From positions 22,382,001 to 22,446,000 of the forward strand of contig NC_043014.1 in NCBI RefSeq assembly GCF_006345805.1: 64,000 bases of DNA. Reading direction: 5' to 3'. The notes under the pieces are model-generated. The model was not told where the DNA came from and searched no databases. It saw nothing but the letters and a program-made list of their open reading frames with translations. The number at the start of each line of letters is the position of its first letter. The first letter of the stretch is position 1. Both the position numbers and the translations under genes were made by a program. This DNA comes from Octopus sinensis. Lineage: Eukaryota. Positions 45,739 to 58,854 of the stretch are shown in pieces.

Positions 45739-48700
45739 ATATTATATATAACTCTTATGTACATTAAACTATTTCACTTGAAACTATATATTCGCTTCAT
45801 TTATCATTTCTTGGTGTTTGTTTCCTTCTACAGTTGATGTTTAGCTGGAGGTATTTCCATCATTTCCACTTTTTTCCAAACCTAATTGATCCAGGACTAC
45901 ATTATCAAATGTCTTTCCATTTTTTTTTTTCTGTGTGTGTAATGGTAGTGGAAGGTGGGGAGAGATTTGGCTGCTATTTCTAGCAGATTGGAGCAACCAT
46001 ATAGGTACAGTCTTGTCAAGATAGTAATGGGGACCAGCTGAAAACCTAGCGGAAAAGATCTACATAGGGCATGTAGTTGCAGATAGATAGGGTTTTTGCT
46101 TTTTTTTTTTGTGGTGGGGTTTGTCATATGATGTTGCACTACTTTGCCACGTAATATTAGCTAGAACCTATGGGAAATGGAGTTGTACTGACAACATATC
46201 ATGTAGAGTGTGGTGTTGTCTGAATATGTATAGAGTAATATTTATTCCACTTAAACTTGAATGTTCTCTTAGAACAAACTATACTACGGTAGATACCACG
46301 AGAAAAACTCATATTGGCTTTTTTCTCATTTTCTCTCATGATATCTATTGCAGTTTGTTCTAACAAAATATTCATGTTTAAGTGGGGAGAAATATTAGCT
46401 CCTGGTATTAATGTTGCCTCTGTTGCTAATATGTATGTTGTATAGAGTGTAGTGTGGTAGAGATGACATTGTGTGAGTTGGAGGTGTGGCAGTGTGGGCA
46501 TATATTTCTTTTACAGGTTTCAGTCATTTGAGTGCAGCCATGCTGGAGCATCACCTTAAATGGTTTTAGTTGACAATATCAACCCCAGGACTTACTCTTA
46601 GTAAACCTAGTACTTATGCTATCAGTCTCTTTTCCTAAACTGCTAAGTTACAAGGACATAAACACACCATCATCGGTTGTCGAGCTATGCCAGGGGAACA
46701 AATACAGACACACGCACATAAATATATATATATGACAGGCTTCTTTTAGTTGCCATCTACCAAATCCACCCACAAGGCTTTGGTTGGCCTGAGGCTATAA
46801 CAGAAGACACTTGCTCAAAGTGTCACACAGTGGGACTAAATCTGGGACCATGTAGTTGGGAAGCTAGCTTCTTACCACACAGCCGTGCCTGCACCTACCT
46901 ATATATATATATATATATACATACTACTAATATAGGATAAAATTTTTTTTAGAAAAAATTTTTATGAAAAAGTGGCAGCATATTAAAATACCTTTAAAGG
47001 TTAAAATTATAAACAACTTATAAACAAGGCAAAAGAAAATTTATTATATATACATGTTGCGGTTGTTCAATCCCACTTCAACCCTGTTTGCATAATGATC
47101 AAAGACATCCCCATCATAGTATACCCCTGATGTCATTATTCAATGTCTCTTTTATCTTTCTTTTAGCATTCGTGTTATTTTGTCAAATGTAATGTTTATT
47201 TATTCACATTGTTTTGAATTAATCTTGTGTTATTTTGTAACTTTGAGAGTTTGATGAGGTAACTGTTAACTTTTAGAATGATAATGTAGGGTTAGTGTGA
47301 GAGGCCAGATCTGACCAGTTGGAACATAAACATGTACAATATTTTGGCCAGATATGACCAGTTTAAATGCTAAAGGTTTAAGACTGCAGTGTGGTTTGGG
47401 TGAGATTTTGCTGTTATTTTTGGCAATTTGAATGACTACATACAGTCTTTCTACTGTATAACTGTCAGATGGAGGCTGTAGAGCCCTTGTTGCTGTTGTT
47501 TAGCCCCAGTTCAATTCTAATCAAACAGGCATATGATCAAAAGCATTCCAGCCATGACTACTCCATGTTTTTGACTGGGTACATGCATTGTCCAATGTTT
47601 CCTTATTTAAAATGTAATTTAAGGGCAAACTTCTGTTTCTAGTAAATTGAGTGACCACAAAGAAGCTCCCTTGTTTACTCATCTGCTTCCTTATTATCTA
47701 CAATCAATAGTACTGTTGATGTTTAGGTTATCCTTGATTGAGAAGATCTGTTATTAAGGGCATTCCAACTATGACCTCATTTTTTCAAGATAATATCAGA
47801 CTACATTATCCATTGTGTCCTTCACTTAAGATTGTAGGATATGATTTGAAGGAGACTTAGCTGCTATTTGTAGCACATCCATCACCATTATAGAGGCTCT
47901 CTCATTGGGGGCTGGATCACTACTGTACAATTAAACCCGCTGTGATTAAGAGATCAATAATTGAACGACCCATCCAGTGAAACATTTAAGAGATGCCCAT
48001 ATTCTACCAAACTAGATATATCTCTACTTTTTACACAATAGCCCAAAGCATGTTATTATCAATAGTCCAGAGCATGTTATTAAAAACACATGTAACAGAC
48101 TAATGACTAAGACATTTCAATTGTAATCATCCAGTTTGTTTTTTGGTTTTTTTTTCATCCCAGACATTTTATCTTGAACTACTCTGTCCAATGTGTCTTT
48201 CAAAAGTTAGAAGACTGAGAAAACAACGGAAAAAATTACTCATACATAACTTAGAGTATATATTTATTTATTAAGCATTAAATACCTCATAATTATACAG
48301 CTGGTTTTCAAATGGAAAAGATACTTGTATATTGAAACAGTTGTACAATTCTAAGGTATTTAATTTTTAATAAATGAGTATATATCACTGCATCGACCAT
48401 GCTACTGGATGTTGTTATACATCATTGGTTACAATACACTTCCAGTTTTTTTTCTTGAGTGCACTATTCTTTTTCCTTCTTGACCCAAAGCATTTATATT
48501 AACACAATGGAGTATTTCCTATATCTGACCAGTTTTTCAAGTGTTGGGGAAGAGGTGTCAACGAGATGATGAGGAAAGACTACAACTCACTGTGCTGGTG
48601 GTTGGACAGGGAGATACAATTGAGTCGGCAAAGAAACGTGAATAAGGTGAAGGAGATGAAGCAATATCATTACCATTGGTAGGAATAGGAATTACTACAA

Positions 48701-48774
48701 GCTGATAACATAATAGATATTCAAAAGGGAAGTAAATTGGAATAAGTCTAACTGGCAGTGGAATAGCAAAGTAA

Positions 48775-49110
48775 TGAGGGAGCTCAGTGGTTAGAGCATC
48801 AGGCTGAGAATCATGAGGTGGTGAGTTTGATTCCTGGACCAGGCTGTGTGTTGTGTTCTTGAGCAAAACACTTTATTTCACATTGCTCCACTTCAGTTAT
48901 CTGTAGGACTGAGGTGCAACATCACTGGTGCCAAGCTATATTGGTCTTTGCCTTTCCCTTAGATAACATTGGTGGCATGGAGTGGGGAGGTTGGTATGAT
49001 AGGTAACTGTTGGTCTTCCATAAACAACCTTGCCCAAACTTGTGCCTCAGAGGGTAACCTTCTAGGTGCAATCCCATGATCATTCATGACCGAAGGGAGT
49101 CTTTACCCTT
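48775..49110 (+). mobile_element. tRNA-derived SINE with a CORE/Meta-like domain; related copies at ~26090-26320 and ~37605-37810
   Basis: A-box agctcagtggttagagc and B-box gagtttgattcc, followed by tgtgttcttgagcaaaacactttatttcac. Confidence 0.75.
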
Positions 49111-50059
49111 TCCCTTTAGAGGGAAGGTGAGAAGTGAAGGTATTCCCTGGTAACTATTTAAACAAATTCAGAAGTTAAATATCAATAACAAATATAGTGC
49201 AATGCTGGAAGTATGCTACACAGATACAGTGTAAGACTTTTGGTGTCCACTATTCCATTTGATATGCTCTCCCAGAGTAACATATGCCAACTTTGGTATT
49301 GGTGACATCACTATCTCCAGTCCATTTCTAGAAAGTCAACCCTTTGGAAGTCTTGCTCATGTCTTTCTTGCATCAATTACACCATTCTAGATTGGCCTAC
49401 AAAGGTCATGTGCACAGTTTCTTTCGACCAAATTCATTCGCAAGCCATAGACATGCTGGGGCTGTAGTAAAAAACTCTTGCCTAACATGTTTAGCAGTGG
49501 GACCAAACCCCAAACCACGTGGTTGTGTTGTGAATCTCCTAACAACACAGTGATGCCCATGCCTATTATTAGTTTAACAAACAATAAAATTCACTTTTGA
49601 AAATTAGAATAAAATTTTAATTTTGTTGAGGCCTCACATTAATCAACATTTTATATTAATATAATAAATAAATACATAAATGATAATAACAACCTGATAG
49701 AGCTTGCTTGGACATTTTTAATGTGTGCACGCTATCTGTCTCAGTCCAGCATTAGTTGAGGAAGGTCTTCAAGGAGGCGTCCAGTGTCTCTGGTGAGTTG
49801 ATCTACATATGTTGTGTTCAGATGACCTGCTCAAGTATGGATATTCTTTGGCCTCCATTGCAGTAGGTTATTTGCCAGCTCTTGTTTAGCTCACCAAAAA
49901 TGCAAGTGTCTTTCCATTATAATGGTGGAAACAGGCAAGAGATCTTCATACAGCTGTTTCTTCATGGGATGAGCTCTCCAAGATATGTTTAAGATAGCTC
50001 TTAACATTTGGGTGTAAGTTCCATCTAATAATAATAATCAAGGTGCTGCTGACCCACAG

Positions 50060-51305
50060 CAATGAAGAGAACAACAAATTGTTGTTTGAATGTTATATTA
50101 AGAGTGAGCCAGACAAACGAGGCTACAAAAAAAAGGTTATAAGAGCTCTGCAAAAACATAATACCAGCATAATGAGCTGAAAGATGTGAGTAAACATGAC
50201 TAACTGATTAGATCAGACAAATTAAGATCAAGAAGTGGATAGAAAAGAATGAACAAGAGGAAATTACAATGGTATGGTAGCACAAAAGGAACTGCAGGTG
50301 ACTACAGTTTCAGAAAAAATACTTGTTGAACAAGAGAAACAACAGAGCTTGGACATGGAAGGAGGAAATGTGCCAGCTATAGAAGATAGTTCAGACTGGA
50401 AAGTCACCCAAAGAAATTGCCTCAGAAGTAGGTACTGTCCAGGATAGAATTCTGGAAGTGATGTTCTTTGAAGAAAAAAAGATTGCCATCATTGAAGTTA
50501 TGTGATAGAGCAAAGTTAAGATCAGAAGTCAGGAAAGCAAATGAAGTTGTTATGAGAATCCCAATTAGGACATCATAGAGTTAAATTCTTTGATGTATGC
50601 CTTTGTTTATGTTATCACAGAGAAGATAAGGATGCTTAGAAAGACAAAAGAACAGAGAAGCAAAGAACCATTCTGGAGGAGAAAAAAAGGAAGCATTGAT
50701 ACATGGCAAAAGAATTTAAGCAAGATCAAGGAAGTAAAGAGAGGAAACATGAACCTCAATCAAAGTGAACAGACCAACATGAATAGGAAATACCACCTGG
50801 AGGAAAATAGCACTTTGTGCCATATGTTAATACCAAAGATCAAAGTAGGTGAAATTAAGATCAAAATATATGAAGAAAGGGTACCTACAGTTCAAACAAA
50901 GCCAACTGTTCAGAACAATTCAGGAACTGTTCTATAAGACTCTTGATGGAGGAAATGAGGAAGAAGCAGAGTTACCTGATCCTACAGAAGCAACATCATT
51001 TTGGAGCAAGACCTGATCAGAGGAAGTTAAACACAAGTGGTTGCTCTGGCTTCAAGAAGTGGAAGAAGAATTCAGTAACACAGAGGCACACAAAGACATT
51101 ACCAACACATTGGTAGATTACAAGGAGTTGGTTTAGATGAGAAGTTTGAAGGTAGCCAGCCTGGTCACTGGTTCAGGGTTTTTGGTTCAAGGAATTGACA
51201 AATGTTTATTCTAAGCTACAAGAGCTCCTGCAAGGCTGTGTACACCAAGTAATTGTACCAAACTGAATTGCCAAAGGAAAAACCCTGTTGATTCAGGAAC
51301 ACCCA
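50060..51305 (+). mobile_element. Decayed R4/Dong-like non-LTR retrotransposon, N-terminal/pre-RT part
   Basis: Reads ENNKLLFECYIKSEPDKRGY, EPFWRR, TSFWSK, VQGFWFKELT and AKGKTLLIQ, with many stops and frameshifts. Confidence 0.6.
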
Positions 51306-51499
51306 AGCAAGGACGCTGATTCTCATCAACACCCAGATCCTCTCTAGGATGTTGATGTCCTTGCTCACTGCTGATCTCCAATAGAATGCCATGGTGGAGC
51401 TTCCATCAACTGCAATGCCTCATTGGATGAGAAGTATGAGCACATGATGACACTAGATACCCTGCTTCAGGCTATGCTTGATCCAAGACTGTAGTTCAG

Positions 51500-52950
51500 T
51501 CAAAAAGATGAGTTATGAAAAAGTGAATCTGACATGGCGAACATACTTGTTTACCATCAAGGAAGTACTGGAGATGTTGCAGCCTTAATGCATGCCTGCA
51601 GATAATTAGCAACAGCATGCCCAAACCTCCATACAACAGATGTTGACAGCAAATAAACTGTCTGAACAGGAGATGCAATCTAAATATTTGTCAAGCTTCC
51701 TCTTGATCCATTTCTGAGTAAGATTGGCTGACTTTTTTGTCATATCAGTTATCCACCTGGAAATTAGGACCAAACCAGACCCAGAGCAATTTAACCAATC
51801 TGTCAATTCAGCACCCAACAAAGCTGTTGAGAGACATGACTCTACTTCTCCAGATGCTGAGTTGCAGGCCCTCTGACTTTTCCTGGTAAATTTTTGCTCC
51901 TGTCACCACTTCATACTCCTTTAGAGTGGTGTCAATTACCTTGGTATGTTTTGTGTTGAACTCTATAACAGTGATATCATCCATTTAGACTGATACAGCT
52001 CTTCCATATTGTAGTTCATGCAGGATGCTCTTCAAAACCTCTAGCTTCTGCAGTAGTGGCACCAACTCTAACACACACAGAAGAGGCAAGAGGGAGCAGT
52101 CTTGACAGATCAAACACATGATGCTGATTGATTCTGATATACTGCCATTTACTCTGACCACTGAGCAGATGTTGCTGTACATTGCTGCAATCTAACCTCT
52201 GAAGATGGTACCAGAACCAGCCACCGTGAGGTGAGATGTCAAGTATTGTCAACTCTATCAAAAGCTTTCAACTGATCTAAATTGATCCAGGCCCTGCTCA
52301 TGTAAGGTTCTTTATCCACCCTTTCTATGATGTATTGCATGAGGTATAGGTTACTATGGATAGATCTGTTTGTGGTGGTGCATGTTTGTTCCTTACCAAC
52401 TAGATTATCAATGACAGGCACCAACCTCTTAGCTTACACTTTGGCCCAAATCTTCAACTCTGCATTTAGCAGAGTTACAAGCCTGAACTCATTAAAATCA
52501 TCCCCCCATTGTTTGGGCCCTTTCTCCACAGCAGCACCGCATCTCTTTTCATAAGACCAGGAATTTTCGTGTCATGCTACCAGTTGCAATAGACGTCTGC
52601 CAAGAGGCCCCTGAACAAGTAAGTCTGACATATGAAGATAAAATTCATAGGACAAATCACCCAGGCAATTTGTTCATCAATTTGAAGTGATGCAGCCAGC
52701 CATCACTTCATGTAATTCATTAGCTGTTAATGGCTTTTTACAGAATGTCATAGCTCTTGCCAAGTGTCACAGCAGGTTGTCAAGGTAGAGAGTAAAGTCT
52801 ACCTCCATCACCAACCTGCCAGCAAACAAGGTGGCACGGAAAATCTACACACACATCTACTTGGCATCAAGTAGTCCAGCTTCCTCCTGCTCTGTCAAAG
52901 ACTGAATTGTGGATTTGTTGCCACATTGCATCTCTGCTATTCAGACCCAT
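51500..52950 (-). mobile_element. Decayed L1/Tx1-clade LINE RT fragment
   Basis: ORFs 52239-52424 (EQTC...RSIHSNL, LDQLKAFDRVD) and 51985-52182 (VVRVNG...LLPLLCVL.L.PLL), followed by DDIT. Confidence 0.75.
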
Positions 52951-53039
52951 CAAATAGCTTTCATTCTCTCATGAGTAATAGCACATGCTGTAGCTCTGAT
53001 AACACAACTTTCATGTTTTGCAATGAAGAATTGGTTGAT

Positions 53040-53325
53040 ACCAGGTGATCAAGATAAAGCCTAGGCACCTCATATAGTGTGTAAAATATGTGATAAAACA
53101 CCATGCCAGTGACACATAAGAGGTACCCATGTTTCAAGTACTTAAGCAGAAAGTTTCCAGCTTCGTCATGTGAGAAAATTAAGGTTGGTGTGTTTGACAT
53201 TCCACAAATTAGGTGGCTATTGTAGGATGAGCAGGTTTTTGGAGACCATGTCTGGTGTTAAATAGACACATAGAATGCTTTTGCTGCAGTTGTGTCTGAT
53301 TTCTTGGGAAACAGGAAGTGTAACG
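53040..53325 (+). mobile_element. Internally deleted DNA transposase relic, probably Sola1-like
   Basis: GDQDKA*APHIVCKIC is joined to CFKYLSRKFP...EKIKVGVFDIPQIR...AFAAVVSDFLGNRK. Family assignment is from recalled motifs. Confidence 0.55.
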
Positions 53326-53379
53326 GGTACCTTCTACATGTCACTAGCTTGGGTACCTCTTACGTGTCACTGGCATGTG

Positions 53380-54170
53380 TGCCTCTTACAGTAGCTGTTA
53401 CATGTCACCAGCACTGGCCACAACTACAATTTCACTTGGCTTGATGAGTCTTCTCAAGCACAGCAAATTACCAAAGGTCATAATCACTTGTCATTGCTTC
53501 CATGATAACCCACATTCACCACCTTGTCCCACCTCTTCCACAAGTTCCCTCCACATTTAGAGATCAGCACTTCTTTACACAGCTGTCCTCATCCATATGC
53601 ATCATATGATTATATCAGCACAGATGTCTATCTTGTACACCACATCTCATGCTTCTTATGCCCAGTTTTTTTTTAAGATGCTTACACTCAGTTGTACATG
53701 CACACTGACATTGCATATCTAGCAGAGAATACTAAATTCATTTCTTTTAAACCTTCACAGATCCTCTGCCATCACAGCCCATGTTTCACTGCTGTATAGC
53801 ATGGCTGTTCACACACATCATACAATCTGCCTTTCACTCTCAAGGAGAGACACTTTGTTACCAACAAACTTTGCCCAGCCCATTCTTATTCTAGCTGCTA
53901 CACTCTCAAAGAATCCTCTCAACTGCTGACTTGGTCACCTAGGTAATGAAAGCTATCAACTACTTTTAGATATCTCCACTTTCTGTATATTTCTAATTTT
54001 CACTATACTTGTGCATCTGCCATGCACATACAAAAACTATTTTCTTTGTTAACCTTCCTCTGATATTGCTGCTTCTCTTGTATGCCCTTAGCTTGCACTG
54101 GGTACACCTTCGAGCAGGGTAATCTACCTGAAGAGATTTATGATTTGTCATCTTTCCTACTAGTAGCTGA
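53380..54170 (-). mobile_element. Further copy of the PHD-containing RTE LINE family
   Basis: Aligns to 8000-8830 (cacactgacattgcatatc, ttggtcacctaggtaa, gagcagggtaatctacctga). Confidence 0.85.
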
Positions 54171-55829
54171 CCAGCCTTATTGCTTATGGATAAACAATAG
54201 AATTGAGCTTATTCAGAGAGTAAGTGGTAGAAAGAAAAAAGAAATTGACATGATCCGCATCATGGAAAAGTGAACTTTAAAGCAAAGCTGAAGATAACAC
54301 ACACACAAATATATCATCATCATTATCATCACACAAACATATATGTATACTTATGTATGTATGTATGTATGTATGTATGTATGTATGTATGTATGTATGT
54401 ATGTATGTATGTATGTATGTATGTATGTATGTATGTATGTATGTACGCATGTATGTATGTACGTATGTATGTATGTACGTACGTATGTATATATGTATGT
54501 ATGTAAGTATGTACGTACGTAGTTGTCCAAAGGCATAAATAAAGAGCACACTCAATATAATAGAGTGTGTATAATTTAAATACAAAATTATAAATTAAGA
54601 TCGCCTAATTTCGAATTTCGTATTCAAATTATATGTATGTATAAATACATGCATGCATATTTTTTTCCGCATGCATACGCACAAACATACATGATACTTC
54701 AACCAAACAATGTTTTTCATTCTCCTCTGCCGCCACCCATTCTTCGTCATATAATATATAATAGAAAATATTAATAAAACAATACAAATATAAGGTAATC
54801 GATAAATTAGAAGATAAATAATTATTTTATTCAAAATATTTGAATAATAATAATAATAACCTTTAAAACACTACTCTACATTTCGACATCAAAGACAATG
54901 GACATTTAGGGGAAAGATTTGTGCGCGTTGTAAGGGGCCTCTGTATGTGAGATGCGTGAGTGTGTGTGTGTGCGTGTGTATTTGTGTGTGTGTATTTGTG
55001 TGTGTGTGTGTGTGTGATGTGCATGTGTATATATGTACATACATAAACAAGTGTGTTTATGAATGTGTAAGTGGTCGAGTAGTGTAGAGAAGTAGAGATT
55101 GCAAAACAACAACGTCACTCTACACGTGTTATTGATTTAAATATATTTATGTAGAACTCTCACTTGAGAAATTATCACACCAAATGGTAAGATACTTTAC
55201 AACTTTCACAATAATTATGTATTCAATATCAACAATACACTTGTACCTTTTATTTCTCTTGTTTTCACACAACCCTTACAACTTCCTCCTCTCTTTCTCG
55301 TACACCGATCATATTATTTCACTCTTGTGTTTTTTTATTGTTTATAATGGTGTTGGGGTGTTTTCTAGTGGCATTGGAGTATATATCTAGTGTCTTCGAG
55401 TGCTTAAACTGATGTTAGATCATTGAAAGTGGTAGTGTTGTTTAGTTCCAAGTCAGCCGTGATCAAACTGACCTACAATTAACAGTTTTCCAGCCATGAC
55501 CATCACATCTTCTTTTAGTGTCCCCGAGCCACATTATCCAAAGTGTCTTATTTTTTAAGAGAGAGGAGTGTTGTTAGCGACTGATTTTACTGATGTTTCT
55601 AGCAGGTCGAGCGATCACGTACGGGCTCTGTTACTAGCTTTCTTCAGCTGCTTTTCATGTTGTTTATCCTTGTTTCTTGTTTTGGACTGGATGGCGGGGC
55701 TATTTCTATAGCCATCGAACGATCAATGGGTTAATAATCCTTTTTCCAGTATTTATAGTGATACTGACATGTTTCTGGTGCTGTTTGAGTGATGGTATTA
55801 ATATTAAAGTGTTTATTGCGACATTAGAG

Positions 55830-56480
55830 GTTTCTAATGATGTTGGAGTGTCTCTAGTGATGATGGAGTGTTTCTAGTCATGTTTTGAGTGTTTCTGGCG
55901 ATGATGGAGTGTTTCTGAGGATGTTTGAGTGTCTCTGGTGATGTTGGAATGTTTCTTGTGAGATTGCGGTGTCTCTAGTGATGATGGACTATATCTAGTT
56001 ATCTTGGAGTGTTTTGAAGTATTCCTGGTGATGTTAGAGTGTCTCTGGTGAGATCGGAGTGTTTCTGGTGATGTTGGCGTGTCTCTGGTAAAGTTGGAGT
56101 GTTTCTGGTGATAATAGAGTATTTCTGGTAAGGTTGGAGTGTCTTTGGTGAAGTTGCAGTGTTTTTGGTGATAATGGAGTGTTTCTGGTGAGGTTGGATT
56201 GTCCCTGGGGATATTGGAGTGTCTCTGGTGAAGTTGTAGTGTCTCTGGTGATGTTGGAGTGTTTCTGGTGATAATAAGATGTTTCTGGTGGTAATGGAGT
56301 GTTGCTGGTGAGGTTGGAGTGTTTCTGGTGATGTTAGAGTGTCTTTGGTGTTGCTGGGGTGTTTCTAGAGGGGTTTGAGTATCTCTTGTGAAGCTGGAAT
56401 TTTTTTGCTGAGGTTGGAGTGTCTCGGAGCGTCTCTGGGGAGGATGGAATGTTTTCAGTGAGGTTGGAGTGCTTCTGGTA
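55830..56480. repeat. Degenerate 20-bp minisatellite (consensus tggagtgtttctggtgatgt), roughly 30 units
   Basis: The period of 20 is visible as column alignment in the 60-nt lines. Confidence 0.93.
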
Positions 56481-58281
56481 ACATTGAACTGTTTTAAATT
56501 TGGTGGTGATGAGATATTTGTAGTGTTGTTGGTAATAATATATCGGTTTAGTGGAGGTTGTTGTAGTAGGTGTAGTACTAGTTATAGTGCAGTAGTAATT
56601 GCAATAGTAATATAGTTAGAAGATATGGTAGAAGTTGCGTTTCATTTATGAGTCTAGCTAGAATAGTGGCTAAAGTATGGTGGTAATATTTTGGTGTAGT
56701 GTTTGTAACAGCGGTGGTAATAGTTGAAAGAAGATAAGATTTTCTGTGGATTCATTATGTCTATAAATTCAGGTGAGGTACTGGCCAAGCAACAATTATA
56801 TCTTTCCTAAGAGCGCAGCATTGGATATAGTGGAATTTGAATCTAAGAGAGGAGAAAGTCTGCAAAGATGATAAAGTTTTTTCACATAAGCACAAAGCCT
56901 CAAGTTTCTCTAATTGAGTGAGGGATGAGAGATTATGATGTACATACTGTGCTAAATGTATCTGAGGAAATAGAGCTAGTGAGGTAATGAGACAGTAAAA
57001 GTCAGACAAGGAGAATAAAAGATAGAAATGAAGTGTTTGAGAGAGAGATGTTATATATTGCTGGTGTTGACTTTATTGTTTACTAACTATAATGTTTCCT
57101 TTTTTTTTTCCTAATATTTTAACTATAGGCCCATGATGTGACAACAACAGACACAACGATCATTGCTTCTCTTCCATTTCTGAAAAAGAAGAACTGGCGG
57201 AAGAAAGATGTTTTTTTAACTTACTGCAACTAATATCATTAGCACAGTAACTGTATTCTTCCTTCTGGTTGATTTTAAAGAATCTCATCTCAACCTGCCC
57301 ATCCCATGATTCCATACTATGCTGTATTATTTAAACTTTCCAGAAACATCTCTCAAACCAATTGCCAATGTTTAGCGCCTTCCACTGTACGACAATTGCT
57401 TTTGCTGTTATTACTGTGAGACATCCAAAAGAACTATCAATGCATAACCAACAAGTTCTGCATTTTTGTCCCTTAAACATATTCACCACAATTCCAATAT
57501 GAAATGACTAGAAACAATGACAGTTCAGCAGTTTTGTTTTCTGAATCCCATTCACATTTCATTTGATTTCTTTCTACATCGAAAACTTTTCTTTTTAATA
57601 AAGAAAACAAAATTCTTTCAATTTTGACCTGCCTGAGAATCTGATGAAATTTATCCATCAATAAGAAGAAACAAACAAAATAGCATAACCATTTCATCCA
57701 AACCACTGAAAACTGAAACTTTTACTGTTAAAATAAACTGATATCATTTCAGGAATGTCTTAAGACATTTGTCTTTAAAGATTGGATTTTGTAGATCTGC
57801 TAGAATCAAATATATCAGAAATATAATCAAACATGTTTGCTAAGAAAACTATCTCAGTCACTATGCAGTCTGATATTTTATAAACTTTACAAATATAATA
57901 TATTTTTATCATCTGAAAACTTCACAAATTTCATAAAACTCTCAAAAACATTTATATAGAATGAATTTTTAAATATTTCTTCATCATCAATATTGACATT
58001 GTACCTTAAAATTCTGAGTATCTCAGATCCTCAGCCATTCTGACATTCTTCAATACTTCAAATTTTAACCCAAAATACAATATTTTTTATCATTTCAGCA
58101 GTATCTTTGTACCGCTAATGTTTTACCATATTACTAACTACCTCAACATTTGAAATTTCAAGCCACTTCATCTGTCACTACCTCAGTATCTTAATCTCTA
58201 ACTATTTCATTAGATTTACTGTCATTCGGTACTGGAGATTCTCAACCATTTCACTAAATATAGTCTAAATCCTCAAGCGTT

Positions 58282-58701
58282 ATGCCTGACTATAAAGATC
58301 AAGATATGAACAAGTCTCTTAATGGCAAAGATGATTTGTTTCCACCAAGTCGATTCGATGAATTGATGGTGGCATTTACAGAACTTGATGATGAACAAAG
58401 TGGATACTGTGATATGGACACAATGATGTACATTTTAAGGAATTTCAGAAGTGGTCTGAAAGAGTGGGAACTTCCTGTTGTCCGTTCTCTCCTCAAGGCT
58501 TATGTTGATGATCAGGATAGAGTTGTGTATCTGGATATATGTCCATTGCTTACACAACTCTTGAACAAAAGACTTTGGGAAGGGGGCAGTTATCTTGCCA
58601 CTCCTGAACGTAATAAGAAACCTGAGAATGAGAAAAAAGATGCCAAGGAATCATCACAAACTAAAGAGACAGTTCCATCAAAGAAAAATGCTATTTTGTA
58701 A
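58282..58701 (+). CDS. Small divergent EF-hand protein (calmodulin/myosin-light-chain-like single lobe), 139 aa
   Basis: ELMVAFTELDDEQSGYCDMDTMMYILRNF fits helix-loop-helix EF-hand spacing. A degenerate second hand reads VDDQDRVVYLDI. The ORF is intact, with AATAAA at 58714-58719. Confidence 0.72.
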   Translation: MPDYKDQDMNKSLNGKDDLFPPSRFDELMVAFTELDDEQSGYCDMDTMMYILRNFRSGLKEWELPVVRSLLKAYVDDQDRVVYLDICPLLTQLLNKRLWEGGSYLATPERNKKPENEKKDAKESSQTKETVPSKKNAIL

Positions 58702-58854
58702 AATGTAATTTTAAATAAATTCACTAACTTACTACTAATGTATATCATTTGTTGCTCTTGCTCTTGTATATATGCTACTAATTAGCAGTGATATAATACC
58801 TTAACTGGGTACCATGGCACCAGTATTGCATTTACTGTATATGTACTTCATCTA

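Noticed and set aside
45356-45837. Long ORFs in (TA/TG)n, (CT)n and (TATG)n tracts (also 34525-34800, 54270-54585, 29830-30489)
   Set aside because: Microsatellites lack stop codons by construction. There is no splice or homology support.
48775-48850. tRNA-like A/B boxes
   Set aside because: No complete cloverleaf, and the sequence continues into a SINE body, so it is not a tRNA gene.
54690-54760. Minus-strand exon-like segment (DEEWVAAEENEKHCLVE or MTKNGWRQRR) followed by GTATCA
   Set aside because: No convincing acceptor or downstream partner exon was found. It may be a 5' exon of a divergent transcript but is unsupported.
55830-56480. Regular repeats superficially like a CRISPR array (also 11385-11620)
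   Set aside because: No unique spacers, eukaryotic context and no cas genes.
58288-58305. DYKDQD resembling a FLAG tag
   Set aside because: Partial chance match within a genomic ORF.
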